Notes: a model not told the origin generated them from the sequence alone. Positions 19,000 to 29,519 are shown, numbered from the stretch's first letter. The stretch: 64,000 bases of DNA from Eubacteriales bacterium (GCA_030536255.1 JAUNQI010000008.1:11453-75452), one strand, 5' to 3'. Numbers and translations are program-made.

Positions 19000-20056
19000 T
19001 TTTTCAGCCGGGCCGTCGGTTCTTCCGAAGCCGGTTCTTGAAAAAGCGCAGAGAGATCTTTTGAATTACAATGCCAGCGGGATGTCGGTGATGGAGATGA
19101 GCCATCGGTCTCCTGTTTTTCAGGAAATATTTGATTCCGCCAAGTCCGGGCTGAAGGAAGCTCTTTCGGTTCCCGATACGCATGAGATCCTCTTCCTTCA
19201 GGGCGGAGCGACCCTTCAGTTCGCTTCCGTGCCGATGAATCTGATGAAGAGCGGCTGCGCGGACTATGCTGTGACCGGTAATTTTTCGGATAAAGCGGCA
19301 AAAGAAGCGGAGAAATACGGAACAGTTCATATCGCTGCTTCAACCGGTCCGGAATTCCGTGCGATCCCGGCTCAGAAAGATCTCAGCCTTTCTCCGGATG
19401 CGGAATATTTGTATTATTGCGCGAATAATACGGTTTTCGGTACGGAATGGCAGTATGTCCCCGAAACGTCTTCACCGCTTGTTTGCGATATGTCTTCAAA
19501 CATTCTTTCAAAGCCGGTGGATGTTTCCCGATATGGTCTGATTTTTGCCGGTGCGCAGAAAAATATGGCTCCGGCGGGGCTTACGGTTGTCATCATAGAT
19601 AAGGCGCTTGCAGGGAGAGAACTGGCGATTACTCCGAAGATTATGTCATATAAAGTCAATATTGATAATGATTCCATGCTGAATACGCCTCCGTGCTGGT
19701 GCATTTATATGCTTTCGCTTACGCTGGAATGGCTGAAGTCGATAGGCGGAGTAAAAGCAATGCAGGAGATCAAACATGAGCGGGCGGCAAAGGTTTATGA
19801 TTTTCTGGATAATTCTTCAATGTTCACGCCTCATGCGGACAAGACCTCAAGGAGCGAGATGAATATTACGTTCAGAACGGGTTCCTCCGAGCTGGATGCT
19901 CAGTTCGTGAAGGAAGCTGCTGCAAGAGGGCTTATTAATCTGAAGGGGCACAAGGTCGCAGGCGGAATGAGAGCATCCTTATATAATGCCATGCCGATGG
20001 AGGGCGTTGATGCTCTCATCAGTTTTATGAAGGAGTTTGAACTGTCTCATGTTTAA
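18980..20056 (+). CDS. serC: Phosphoserine aminotransferase
   Basis: It has FNFSAGPS at the N-terminus and the PLP-lysine motif FAGAQKNMAPAG. Length is 358 aa. Confidence 0.92.
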   Translation: MSERVFNFSAGPSVLPKPVLEKAQRDLLNYNASGMSVMEMSHRSPVFQEIFDSAKSGLKEALSVPDTHEILFLQGGATLQFASVPMNLMKSGCADYAVTGNFSDKAAKEAEKYGTVHIAASTGPEFRAIPAQKDLSLSPDAEYLYYCANNTVFGTEWQYVPETSSPLVCDMSSNILSKPVDVSRYGLIFAGAQKNMAPAGLTVVIIDKALAGRELAITPKIMSYKVNIDNDSMLNTPPCWCIYMLSLTLEWLKSIGGVKAMQEIKHERAAKVYDFLDNSSMFTPHADKTSRSEMNITFRTGSSELDAQFVKEAAARGLINLKGHKVAGGMRASLYNAMPMEGVDALISFMKEFELSHV

Positions 20057-21221
20057 AATAAAAACGATGAATTCTATTTCGGAATCCGGTCTCGGATTTC
20101 TTGAGGCGCGCGGCTGTGAGGTAGGTCCGGATACTGAGGCTCCGGACGGCATGCTGATCCGCAGCGCGGATGTTCATGATTATACATTTAATCCCGAACT
20201 GCTGGCCATTTCCCGTGCCGGAGCAGGATATAACAATATTCCCATAGAGGAGTGCGCGGAAAAAGGGATCGTAGTATTTAACAGTCCCGGCGCTAACGCA
20301 CAGGCAGTAAAGGAGCAGGAGGTCATGTCTCTGATCATGGCGTCCCGGGATGTTCTCGGCGCTGTTGACTGGGTGCGCTCCATCGCGGATAAGGGAAGCG
20401 AGATTCCGGTTCTTGTCGAAAAAGGAAAGAGCGCGTTCACCGGCCCGGAGCTGATGGGAAAAACGCTGGGAGTGATCGGCCTGGGGGCCATCGGAGCACT
20501 TGTTGCGAATATTGCGCTTGAATTCGGCATGGAAGTCTATGGATATGATCCGTTTATGTCTGTCGAAGCCGCCTGGCGTCTGAGCAGGGAAGTGAAACGG
20601 GCGGAGCATCTTGAGGATATTTTCCGGAAAAGTGATTATATCAGCATTAACGTTCCGTATAATGATAAGACGCATCATATGCTTTCGGAAAAAGAGTTTG
20701 ATATGATGAAAACCGGTGTAAGGATCATCAATGAGAGCCGGGCGGAAGTTGTTGATGATGAAGCGATGACAATGGCCCTCGATACCGGAAAAGTCGGAAA
20801 GTATGTAACGGATTTCCCGAATGAAACGATCCTGAAGGCTCCGAATGTGATTGCTCTTCCGCATATTGGCGCCTGTACTCCGGAAAGCGAAGAAAGATGC
20901 GCGGAAATGGCTGCGGCAGAGCTGTATGACTATCTGGAAAACGGAAACATTAGGAATTCTGTAAATCTTCCGGATGCTACGCTGGACAGAATGGGCGTAT
21001 GCCGTCTCTGCGTACTGCACAGGAACGTTCCCCGTATGCTTACAAGGATTCTGGACTTTATCTCCGAACGTGAAATCAACGTTGAGCATATGATCAATAA
21101 GCCCCGGGATAACTATGCATACACGATCATCGACCTGGGAAAGAAGATCGGACCGAAGACTGCGGATGCCATCCGCAATATGCCGGATATTCTGAGAGTC
21201 AGGGTGATCTACAGTGACTGA
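20049..21221 (+). CDS. serA: D-3-phosphoglycerate dehydrogenase (2-hydroxyacid dehydrogenase with C-terminal ACT-like domain)
   Basis: It has the NAD fold GVIGLGAIG and the catalytic region LPHIGACT. The start MFKIKTMNSISESGL at 20049 overlaps the serC stop. The track ORF starts at 20037. Confidence 0.85.
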   Translation: MFKIKTMNSISESGLGFLEARGCEVGPDTEAPDGMLIRSADVHDYTFNPELLAISRAGAGYNNIPIEECAEKGIVVFNSPGANAQAVKEQEVMSLIMASRDVLGAVDWVRSIADKGSEIPVLVEKGKSAFTGPELMGKTLGVIGLGAIGALVANIALEFGMEVYGYDPFMSVEAAWRLSREVKRAEHLEDIFRKSDYISINVPYNDKTHHMLSEKEFDMMKTGVRIINESRAEVVDDEAMTMALDTGKVGKYVTDFPNETILKAPNVIALPHIGACTPESEERCAEMAAAELYDYLENGNIRNSVNLPDATLDRMGVCRLCVLHRNVPRMLTRILDFISEREINVEHMINKPRDNYAYTIIDLGKKIGPKTADAIRNMPDILRVRVIYSD

Positions 21222-22383
21222 GAAGCTGTATTATGAAGACAGCCATCTTTTTTCCTTTCGTGCAACTGTTCTGAGCTGTGAACGGCTGACGGATGCTGAA
21301 GATGGGTTTGCTGTAGTCCTTGACAAAACGGCATTTTTCCCGGAAGGCGGAGGACAGATGGCGGATACCGGCTCTATCGGCAGTGCCGAAGTAACGGATG
21401 TCCGGGAGAAAGACGGCATCATTACCCATTTTGTGAAAGAGGATCTTTCTGAATTTGTCGGTTCGGAGCTTCCGTGCGTCCTGAACGCTGAGCAGCGTCT
21501 GAGAAGAATGCAGAATCATTCCGGAGAGCATATCGTTTCGGGAATTGTGCACCGTGATTACGGTTTCGACAATGTGGGCTTCCATATGGGAACCGACTGT
21601 ATGACGATCGATTTCGACGGAGAGCTTACCTGGGAGCAGCTCACAGAGGTGGAGCAAAAAGCAAATGAAACGGTCCGCACCAATGTTCCCATTGTTACGT
21701 ATTTTCCGGACATAAATGAGCTGAAAAATATTCAATACCGTTCCAAGCTTGATCTGACAGAAAATGTCCGGCTGGTCGAAATCAAGGGGATCGACGTCTG
21801 CGCCTGCTGCGCACCTCATGTTTCCTATACCGGGGAGATTGGGATTATTAAAATATTAAACTGTGAGCGCCACAGAGGCGGTGTCCGGATCGAGCTCGTC
21901 TGCGGAATGGATGCGCTTGACGATTTCCGACTGCGCCAGAAAAGCGTAACACAGATTTCCAATATGATGAGCGCCAAAAGAAATGAGATCGCGGGAGCGG
22001 TTGAGAAGCTTCTGGCGGAGCGGGATCAGCTCAGATTCCGTTATTCCGAGCTGGAAATGAAGCTTGTTTCTGTAATGGCGGAGCAATATGAGGATACGGA
22101 CGGAAATATCGCTATATTTGCAGAGCTTTCAGATGACGCATGCAGAGAGCTTGTTAATAAGCTGGTTAAAAAATGTACCGGAATTGCTGCGGTGTTTTTT
22201 ACGTCCGGCGGAAGCGGCTTCAGGTATATTATGGGAAGCAGAACAAGAGATCTTCGGGCAGAATCCAAAGCAATCAACGCGTCAATCTGCGGAAAAGGCG
22301 GCGGTAAGCCGGAGATGATCATGGGCTCCTGCCAGGCGGACAGAGCAGCGATAGAAAACTTCTTTTTAGGAGGACTGAAATGA
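21214..22383 (+). CDS. alaX: AlaX-type alanyl-tRNA editing protein (Ser-tRNA(Ala) deacylase, long form)
   Basis: It has the tRNA-synthetase second additional domain with zinc motifs HSGEHI and CCAPHV. Length is 389 aa, and it overlaps serA by 8 nt. Confidence 0.8.
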   Translation: MTEKLYYEDSHLFSFRATVLSCERLTDAEDGFAVVLDKTAFFPEGGGQMADTGSIGSAEVTDVREKDGIITHFVKEDLSEFVGSELPCVLNAEQRLRRMQNHSGEHIVSGIVHRDYGFDNVGFHMGTDCMTIDFDGELTWEQLTEVEQKANETVRTNVPIVTYFPDINELKNIQYRSKLDLTENVRLVEIKGIDVCACCAPHVSYTGEIGIIKILNCERHRGGVRIELVCGMDALDDFRLRQKSVTQISNMMSAKRNEIAGAVEKLLAERDQLRFRYSELEMKLVSVMAEQYEDTDGNIAIFAELSDDACRELVNKLVKKCTGIAAVFFTSGGSGFRYIMGSRTRDLRAESKAINASICGKGGGKPEMIMGSCQADRAAIENFFLGGLK

Positions 22384-23921
22384 GATATTATCTTGGCCTT
22401 GATAACGGAGGAACCACAACAAAAGCTGCGTTATTTGACATTCATGGAAAAGAGCTTTGTGTGGCATCCACGTCAACCGAAATGATCACTCCGAAGCCCG
22501 GATTCGTGGAACGGGATATGGAAGAGATGTGGCAGGCAAACTGTAAGGTGATCAAAGCTGTTATTGAAAAATCCGGAGCAGCGCCGGAGGCCATTGCCGG
22601 AATCGGCGTGTGCGGGCACGGAAAAGGCTTATATCTCTGGGGAAAGAACAACGAACCCGTAAGAAACGGAATAATCTCAACCGATAACAGAGCGTACAGA
22701 TACGTTGAAAAATGGGCGGAAGACGGGACAGAAGCGAAAGTTTTTGATATTTCCTGTCAGCATATCATGTCCTGCCAGCCGGTTGCGCTTCTTGCGTGGA
22801 TCAAAGATAATGAACCGGAAGCATATGGGCAGATCCGGTATGTCTTCGAGTGTAAAGACTATGTCAGATTCCGTCTGACGGGGAAAGCATCCGCTGAATT
22901 TACGGATTATTCCGGAGCTAACTTCCTGAATCTGAAAACAAAAACATACGATAAAGAACTGTTTGATCTGTTCGGCCTCCCGGAAATGTTTGACTGCATG
23001 CCTCCTCTTTGCAAGGCAGTGGACATCTGCGGTACGATTTCCTCCGACACCGCGGCAGAGACAGGACTTCTGGAAGGAACTCCCGTGATTGGCGGAATGT
23101 TCGATATCGACGCCTGCGCGCTGGCTGTCGGAATTACGAATGAAGATAATCTCTGCATGATAGCCGGAACCTGGTCAATCAACGAATATATCAGGAAAAC
23201 CCCCGTGCTGGACGGAACAGTTAGTATGAACAGCCTGTTTTGCCTTCCGGAATACTATCTGATTGAAGAATCAAGTCCTACTTCCGCAGGAAATAATGAG
23301 TGGTTTGTTCAGCAGCTTCTTCCGGAGCTTTGCGAAAAAGCGAAGGGTGAAGGCAGATCGGTTTATGACTATCTAAATGAATGGGTCACTGAAGTTCCGC
23401 CGGAAGAATTCGTTCCGGTATTTCTGCCGTATTTGATGGGGAGCAATGTTCATCCGAACGCGAAGTCCGCTTTCGTGGGTATGAGCATCAATCATACGAG
23501 AAAGCATCTTGCCAGAAGTATTTATGAAGGGATCGGCTTCTGTCATAAGATGCATATCGATAAACTGATAGCCAGCCGTCAGACTGCTCCGAAGGCAATC
23601 AGACTTGCCGGCGGTGCGGCGCACAGCAAAGAATGGACGCAGATTCTTGCGGATATCCTTCAGATTCCGATAGAGACTGTAAATGCAAATGAAACCGGTG
23701 CTCTTGGATGTGCGGTAGCTGTTGCTGTTGCGGTAGGAGATTATGAAAGCCTGGAAGCGGCGGTTGAGGGAATGTGCGAAATTGCTCCTCCCGTTATGCC
23801 GAATAAAGAGCTTGCCGCAGTGTATAATAAAAAATTCCGGCTGTTTACTCATGTGATCGACAGCCTGGACAGTGTGTGGAATGAAATGCAGAGCTTTATT
23901 GAATGTGGCCCGGCTGATTAA
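22380..23921 (+). CDS. lyxK: FGGY-family kinase, L-xylulose/3-keto-L-gulonate kinase (LyxK)-like
   Basis: From memory of E. coli LyxK it is collinear over the whole length: YLGLDNGGT, PGFVERDMEEMWQ, GKGLYLW, ESSPTSAGNNEWF, FLPYLMGSN, IYEGIGFCH, RLAGGAAHS. Its start overlaps the alaX stop (ATGA). Confidence 0.8.
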   Translation: MRYYLGLDNGGTTTKAALFDIHGKELCVASTSTEMITPKPGFVERDMEEMWQANCKVIKAVIEKSGAAPEAIAGIGVCGHGKGLYLWGKNNEPVRNGIISTDNRAYRYVEKWAEDGTEAKVFDISCQHIMSCQPVALLAWIKDNEPEAYGQIRYVFECKDYVRFRLTGKASAEFTDYSGANFLNLKTKTYDKELFDLFGLPEMFDCMPPLCKAVDICGTISSDTAAETGLLEGTPVIGGMFDIDACALAVGITNEDNLCMIAGTWSINEYIRKTPVLDGTVSMNSLFCLPEYYLIEESSPTSAGNNEWFVQQLLPELCEKAKGEGRSVYDYLNEWVTEVPPEEFVPVFLPYLMGSNVHPNAKSAFVGMSINHTRKHLARSIYEGIGFCHKMHIDKLIASRQTAPKAIRLAGGAAHSKEWTQILADILQIPIETVNANETGALGCAVAVAVAVGDYESLEAAVEGMCEIAPPVMPNKELAAVYNKKFRLFTHVIDSLDSVWNEMQSFIECGPAD

Positions 23922-24007
23922 TTCCGGTTGCGAATACCTTCAAGACAATATATAATTGCTTCATAGTGTTTTATACCTCAAACATAAATATAAAGGGAGA
24001 AATTATA

Positions 24008-24877
24008 ATGAAATACGGTATCTACTATGCTTATTGGGAGCATGAATGGAAGGGCAATTTTATTCCTTACGTAAAGAAAGTCAAAGAGCTCGGATTCGAT
24101 GTGCTTGAAGTTGCTTGCGGCGGTTTTTATCTTGAGGACAAAGAGACTTTCAAAGAGCTGAAAAAAGCTGCCGATGATCACGGAATTATTCTCACCGGCG
24201 GTTACGGCCCGAGACCGGAGCATAATCTGGCTTCCGAAGATAAGGAAGCTGTGGACAGCACCTTTGCTTTCTACAAGGATATGTTTGAAAAAATGGAGAT
24301 CGCCGGGATCGACAGGATCGGCGGAGCTCTGTATTCCTACTGGCCGGTGAATTTCTCCGCCGGATTTGATAAAAAAGCCGATTTTGAGAGAAGTGTTTCC
24401 GGCATGCAGAAGCTGGCTGATATGGCTGCCGATTATAATGTTACTCTTTGTATGGAATCTCTTAACCGTTTTGAAGGCTACCTGATCAACACTGCCGAGG
24501 AAGATCTTGAATATGTAAAGGCAGTTGACAAGCCGAATGTGAAGTGCATGCTGGATACCTTCCATATGAACATAGAGGAAGATACCTTTGAAGATGCTAT
24601 TAAGACGACAGGAGACCTTCTCGGTCATTTCCATGTCGGAGAAGCGAACAGAAAACCCCCTTATGCCGAAGGCCGCATGCCATGGGAAAGCATCGGAAAA
24701 GCACTGAAAGAAGTGAATTATAACGGATATATCGTTATGGAGCCGTTCGTACTTCAGGGCGGTCAGGTCGGCAAGGATATTTCAATCTGGCGTGATATTT
24801 CATGCGGCGCAACCGAGGCTCAGCTGGATAAGGCTGCGGCGGATTCCGTCAGCTATCTTCGCGAGCTTTGGGGCTGA
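24008..24877 (+). CDS. Ketose 3-epimerase (D-psicose/D-tagatose 3-epimerase family)
   Basis: It has the MKYGIYYAYWEHEW N-terminus. Metal-ligand contexts match the family: MESLNRFE, MLDTFHMNIEE, GHFHVGE, VMEPF. From memory it resembles Clostridium cellulolyticum DPEase closely. An RBS (AAGGGAG) precedes the ATG at 24008. Confidence 0.85.
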   Translation: MKYGIYYAYWEHEWKGNFIPYVKKVKELGFDVLEVACGGFYLEDKETFKELKKAADDHGIILTGGYGPRPEHNLASEDKEAVDSTFAFYKDMFEKMEIAGIDRIGGALYSYWPVNFSAGFDKKADFERSVSGMQKLADMAADYNVTLCMESLNRFEGYLINTAEEDLEYVKAVDKPNVKCMLDTFHMNIEEDTFEDAIKTTGDLLGHFHVGEANRKPPYAEGRMPWESIGKALKEVNYNGYIVMEPFVLQGGQVGKDISIWRDISCGATEAQLDKAAADSVSYLRELWG

Positions 24878-24932
24878 TCCTGATTTCAATCAGGTCAGAG
24901 TATTTTCAGATTAATAAGGAGCTTCCCGGATC

Positions 24933-25790
24933 ATGAATCGAAAAAGAAGTTATTCTCTTGGCTTGTATGAAAAGGCTCTTCCGGATAATACTTCCTTCAG
25001 AGAAAAGCTTGAGGCGGCATCGTCCTGCGGATTTGACAGACTTGAAATAAGCATAGATGAGAGCGATTTGCGCCTCGAAAGGCTGGACTGGTCTGCAGAT
25101 GCCCAGAGAGAGCTTCGCCGTATGTCTGACGATATCGGTGTTCCAATCAGTACGATGTGCCTGAGCGGACACAGAAAATATCCGTTCGGTTCGCATGAGG
25201 AATCTGTAAGGGAAAAGTCACTGGACATCATGAAAAAGGCGGTTGATTTTTCCTGTGAGGCTGGAGTGAAGATCATCCAGCTGGCGGGATATGACGTCTA
25301 TTATGAGGATCATGACGATTTTACAGAGGCAATGTTTTCAGAAAACCTTCGGAAGGCAGTTGACTATGCATCCGGAAGCGGGATCGTTCTTGCGTTTGAA
25401 ACCATGGAGACCCCGTTTATGGATACTGTCGGAAAGGCTATGAAATATGTGGATAAGATCCGCAGCCCCTGGCTCGGTGTGTATCCGGATATAGGAAATC
25501 TTAAAAACGCGGCTGTTCTGTACGGTCATGACGTAATTGATGACCTCCGCTTCGGAAACGGGCATCTGTTTGCCGTACACCTGAAGGAAACAAAACCGGG
25601 AGTGTACAGGAATATGCATTTCGGAACTGGTCATACAGAATATGAAAGCTGCATACAGTGCGCAAAAGAAAGCGGAGTCCATATGTTTACGGGTGAATTC
25701 TGGTATCTTGAAAGCACGCCGGATTATCTGGAAGAGATCCGATACTCAGCGGATTTCCTTCGCAGCAAGCTTGATAAAATATACTGCTGA
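24933..25790 (+). CDS. L-xylulose-5-phosphate / L-ribulose-5-phosphate 3-epimerase (SgbU/UlaE-like)
   Basis: It carries LGLYEKALP, RLERLDWS, CLSGHRKYPFGS, IQLAGYDVYYEDHD and VYPDIGNL. From memory this is near-collinear with E. coli SgbU/UlaE. Confidence 0.85.
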   Translation: MNRKRSYSLGLYEKALPDNTSFREKLEAASSCGFDRLEISIDESDLRLERLDWSADAQRELRRMSDDIGVPISTMCLSGHRKYPFGSHEESVREKSLDIMKKAVDFSCEAGVKIIQLAGYDVYYEDHDDFTEAMFSENLRKAVDYASGSGIVLAFETMETPFMDTVGKAMKYVDKIRSPWLGVYPDIGNLKNAAVLYGHDVIDDLRFGNGHLFAVHLKETKPGVYRNMHFGTGHTEYESCIQCAKESGVHMFTGEFWYLESTPDYLEEIRYSADFLRSKLDKIYC

Positions 25791-25881
25791 GATTAAAAGA
25801 TTGACTTATTATTGAAGTTCATATATTATTAATTAGATAAATTATATATCCAAATAATGATCGTTAGGGAGGTGCGGCAGC

Positions 25882-27417
25882 TTGCAAGCTGATATTAAAG
25901 GAGACGCTTCTCAGGCGGAAGTATTAATTAGCCTGAAAAATGTTTCCAAGACATTCCCGGGAGTAAAGGCACTTCAGAATATCAACTTTGATGTCAGAGC
26001 CGGAGAGGTTCATGGTCTGATAGGAGAAAACGGAGCCGGTAAATCTACTCTGATCAAGGTTCTTGCCGGTGTTCATGAACCGGATCCCGGTGCGGAAATC
26101 ATTATCAACGGCGAAACCGTTAAGAATATGACTCCTACTGAGTCCATGAAACGCGGGATCATGGTGATCTATCAGGACTTTTCTCTGTTCCCGACCCTCA
26201 CCGTGAAGGAAAATATTGCGTTCAGTGAACAGATTGATAAAAATCGCCGTATTATCAACTGGAAGGAAATCGACCGGACAAGCAAAAAGGCACTGGATAT
26301 CCTCGGCGTTGATATCGATCCTGAAGCCAAGCTTGGCAGCCTGTCTACGGCAAAGCAGCAGCTTGTCGCTATTGCGCGTGCTCTCGTTTATGATGCAAAG
26401 ATCCTTGTCATGGATGAGCCTACCAGTGCGCTTTCTTCCGGTGAAGTTCAGAATCTGTTCCGTATCGTAAATGACCTGAAAGCACGCGGTCTGGGTATTA
26501 TTTTTATCAGCCATAAGCTTGATGAGCTTTTCCAGATCTGCGACAGAATGTCTGTTCTGCGCGATGGCCAGTATATCGGTACCCGTATCAACGGTCAGAC
26601 GACTACCTCGGAGATCATCACAATGATGGTCGGTCGTGAGATCAAGGAAGAGCATGTCGGCGGTAAAAATATCGGGGAAACGATCCTCGAAGTGAAGAAT
26701 ATCTCCAAACGCGGAAATTATGAGGATATTTCGTTTACACTCCGGAAGGGCGAAGTGCTTGGCATAACGGGTCTTGTAGGCGCAGGACGTACGGAAACCG
26801 TTCGTGCTCTTTTCGGCTTGAATCCTCCCGACAGCGGAGAAATCTTCCTTGAGGGAAAGAAAATATCTCCGAAGTCTCCGGCTGAGGCGCAGAAGCTCGG
26901 AATCGCATATGTACCTGAAAGCCGGCGTACAGAAGGCCTTGTTCTCCAGCAGGATGCGGAAAGCAATATTACTCTTTCCATTCTTCGCAAGTTTGTCCGC
27001 AGGGGTCTGGTCAGTTTCTCGGAACGTAAAAATGAAGCTGTTTCTCTGATCCAGCAGCTCGGCGTGAAACCGCCGTATCCTTCCATGCAGGCTGAGAAGT
27101 TCTCCGGCGGCAATATGCAGAAGATCGTTGTAGCAAAATGGCTGGCAACGAATCCGAAAGTTCTGATCGTCGATGAACCGACAAACGGTATCGACGTTGG
27201 TGCGAAAACAGAGATCCATGCCCTTCTGAGAAAACTTGCCGATGACGGTATGGCAATTATCATGGTATCTTCGGAGCTTCCGGAAATCCTTTCTATTTCT
27301 GACCGTGTTCTTGTTATGCGCCGCGGCCGTATAAATGCGGAATTTGATGCGGATGGCCTTAACCAGGAACAGATTATGGAAAAAGCTGTTCTTGCAACAG
27401 GTGAGAAAGGAGCATAA
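25882..27417 (+). CDS. Sugar ABC transporter ATP-binding protein (duplicated ATPase, RbsA/LsrA type)
   Basis: It has two Walker A sites (GENGAGKST, GLVGAGRTE) and signature motifs (LSTAKQQ, FSGGNMQK). A TTG start lies 9 nt after AGGGAGG. Confidence 0.88.
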   Translation: MQADIKGDASQAEVLISLKNVSKTFPGVKALQNINFDVRAGEVHGLIGENGAGKSTLIKVLAGVHEPDPGAEIIINGETVKNMTPTESMKRGIMVIYQDFSLFPTLTVKENIAFSEQIDKNRRIINWKEIDRTSKKALDILGVDIDPEAKLGSLSTAKQQLVAIARALVYDAKILVMDEPTSALSSGEVQNLFRIVNDLKARGLGIIFISHKLDELFQICDRMSVLRDGQYIGTRINGQTTTSEIITMMVGREIKEEHVGGKNIGETILEVKNISKRGNYEDISFTLRKGEVLGITGLVGAGRTETVRALFGLNPPDSGEIFLEGKKISPKSPAEAQKLGIAYVPESRRTEGLVLQQDAESNITLSILRKFVRRGLVSFSERKNEAVSLIQQLGVKPPYPSMQAEKFSGGNMQKIVVAKWLATNPKVLIVDEPTNGIDVGAKTEIHALLRKLADDGMAIIMVSSELPEILSISDRVLVMRRGRINAEFDADGLNQEQIMEKAVLATGEKGA

Positions 27418-27420
27418 AGC

Positions 27421-28449
27421 ATGAAGGATAAACTAAAACGTGTTATTAGCACAAAGGAAGGCTCCGTACTGATCATCCTGATTTGCGTGATTATTATCGC
27501 AACGCTGTTTAACCCGACCTTCCTGACATATACGAACTTCATGGATGTTCTGAAAGCGAATACAGTGCTCGGTATCTGTGCGCTCGGTATGCTGTTAATC
27601 ATTCTTACCGGAGGCATTGATGCGTCTGTGTGCGGTCAGCTTACTCTGGTATCTGTTCTTGCCGGTGAGATTATCACAAAATGCGGCATGAGCAACATCT
27701 TTGTCTTGTATATTTTCGGCGTTATTGTCGGAGGCATTACCGGAACTTTAAATGGTCTTATGGTATCATGCCTTGAGCTTCCTCCGATTATTGCGACCCT
27801 CGGACTTGATTCAGTCATCATGGGCTTCGTAAAATATTATACAAACGGAACCTGGATCAATCTTTCTGCATTCGGCAATATTTCCGCTTTCGGAATGACG
27901 AAATTCTTCTCGTTTACAAACGAGTCCGGGTCGGTGATCGGTCTTCCGGTTCAGCTTCTGCTGTTTGCGGCAATGATGCTTCTGACCTGGTTCCTGCTCA
28001 AGCGTACGCTTCTCGGAAGAAGCATTATGGCTATGGGCGGCAACAGGATCTCAGCAGAACGTATCGGTCTGAAAACAAAATCACTGAATACTTTTGCATA
28101 TTCTTATGCCGGAATGATGTACGGGTTTGCCGCTATTACCTATATCTGCATCATGAATGCAGTTGATCCGAATGCTTTCCTCGGCTTTGAGATGGATGTC
28201 ATCGGTGCGGTTGTTCTCGGCGGGGCTCTCCTTTCTGGCGGTTCCGGTTCCGTGTTCGGAACGTTCCTTGGCGTTCTCCTCTTCGCTTTCATTTCAAACG
28301 GATTAACTCTTGCTCATATATCCACGTTCTGGCAGAATATTATTGTCGGATTCATTATTCTGCTCGCAGTCAGCTTTGATATGATCAAGCTCCATCGTGA
28401 GGAGCGTCTGCAGACGAAGGTAGATATTGAACCGAAGGAGGTGTGCTGA
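27421..28449 (+). CDS. Sugar ABC transporter permease (RbsC/LsrC type)
   Basis: It is a polytopic 342-aa protein of the branched-chain/ribose-type permease family (TGGIDASV motif). Confidence 0.85.
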   Translation: MKDKLKRVISTKEGSVLIILICVIIIATLFNPTFLTYTNFMDVLKANTVLGICALGMLLIILTGGIDASVCGQLTLVSVLAGEIITKCGMSNIFVLYIFGVIVGGITGTLNGLMVSCLELPPIIATLGLDSVIMGFVKYYTNGTWINLSAFGNISAFGMTKFFSFTNESGSVIGLPVQLLLFAAMMLLTWFLLKRTLLGRSIMAMGGNRISAERIGLKTKSLNTFAYSYAGMMYGFAAITYICIMNAVDPNAFLGFEMDVIGAVVLGGALLSGGSGSVFGTFLGVLLFAFISNGLTLAHISTFWQNIIVGFIILLAVSFDMIKLHREERLQTKVDIEPKEVC

Positions 28450-28451
28450 TT

Positions 28452-29435
28452 ATGAAAGAGCATTTTAAACGGAATTCATATCAGTATGCACTGCTTTTGC
28501 TGCTGGTGGTTTTGATGGTGATTATGGAGTTCCTTGCTCCCGGCAAATTCCTTACCATAAAGAACTTCAAAAATATGTCTTTCCAGATGGCAGAATTCGG
28601 AATCCTTGCTATAGGAATGAGCATTGTTATTATGACCGGAGGAATCAATCTTTCAATCGTTAACAGCGCTATGCTTGCGTCGATCGTTTCGGCACTGGTC
28701 ATGCGTACCCTGTACAATGGCGGAAACGGTATGGCAGATGTTCCGTGTATCATTATCGGAATTGTTGTTACGATTGCAGTTGCAGTAGTTTGCGGCTTAT
28801 TTAACGGATTCTTCGTGGCATATATCGGAATCCTTCCGATGCTCGCTACTCTGGGTTCACAGACTGTTTTTGACGGCATTTCTCTGAATATTACCCGCGG
28901 TTCGTCAGTTTCCGGGTTCCCGAAGCTTTTCCAGAAGATCGGAAACGGAACGATTGGAAATATCCCCTATACCCTGATTATCTATATCGCGGTAATTATT
29001 GCGTCGTATTTCCTCATTGAGCGTACACGCTGGGGAATCAGTGTCTATATGGTTGGCGGAAATGAAAAAGCAACGCGCTTCTCCGGAATTAATACGAAGA
29101 AGACGGTTATGATGGTTTATGTTTTTTCTGCTGTCCTTGCCGGTATTTCCGGAATCCTGATGACCTCGCGCTACAATTCCGCAAAGGCGGATTACGGCTC
29201 CAGCTATACGATGCAGGCGGTTGCGGCAACTGTTCTCGGCGGTACCTCCATCAGCGGAGGAAGCGGTCATGTTCTTGGAACAGTGATTGCGGTATGCATT
29301 ATTCAGGTCATATCCTCCGGATTCAATATACTGAAGGTAAACCGCAACTTTACCGATATCGCCACAGGTCTTATTCTGGTTGTTGTTCTTGCGCTTAATT
29401 TCCTTATCAGCGGCAGAAAGAAAAAATCCAACTGA
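28452..29435 (+). CDS. Sugar ABC transporter permease (RbsC/LsrD type)
   Basis: It is polytopic and carries the TGGINLSI motif. The ATG at 28452 lies 10 nt after AAGGAGG. The track ORF starts at the GTG at 28443. Confidence 0.85.
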   Translation: MKEHFKRNSYQYALLLLLVVLMVIMEFLAPGKFLTIKNFKNMSFQMAEFGILAIGMSIVIMTGGINLSIVNSAMLASIVSALVMRTLYNGGNGMADVPCIIIGIVVTIAVAVVCGLFNGFFVAYIGILPMLATLGSQTVFDGISLNITRGSSVSGFPKLFQKIGNGTIGNIPYTLIIYIAVIIASYFLIERTRWGISVYMVGGNEKATRFSGINTKKTVMMVYVFSAVLAGISGILMTSRYNSAKADYGSSYTMQAVAATVLGGTSISGGSGHVLGTVIAVCIIQVISSGFNILKVNRNFTDIATGLILVVVLALNFLISGRKKKSN

Positions 29436-29519
29436 TTCCGCTTATTTGTTTTATTTAGCTTGCAATCGGAGCATTCGGGCAGGATCTCCGTGCAAAATAT
29501 GAAAATGAGGTATTCATTA

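Noticed and set aside
20025-21089. 354-aa minus-strand ORF opposite serA
   Set aside because: It is a shadow ORF. serA on the plus strand has the NAD-binding and catalytic motifs.
25924-27219. 431-aa minus-strand ORF opposite the ABC ATPase gene, and the 299-aa ORF at 26718-27617
   Set aside because: The plus-strand frame carries duplicated Walker/ABC signature motifs. The antisense frames have no motifs or RBS.
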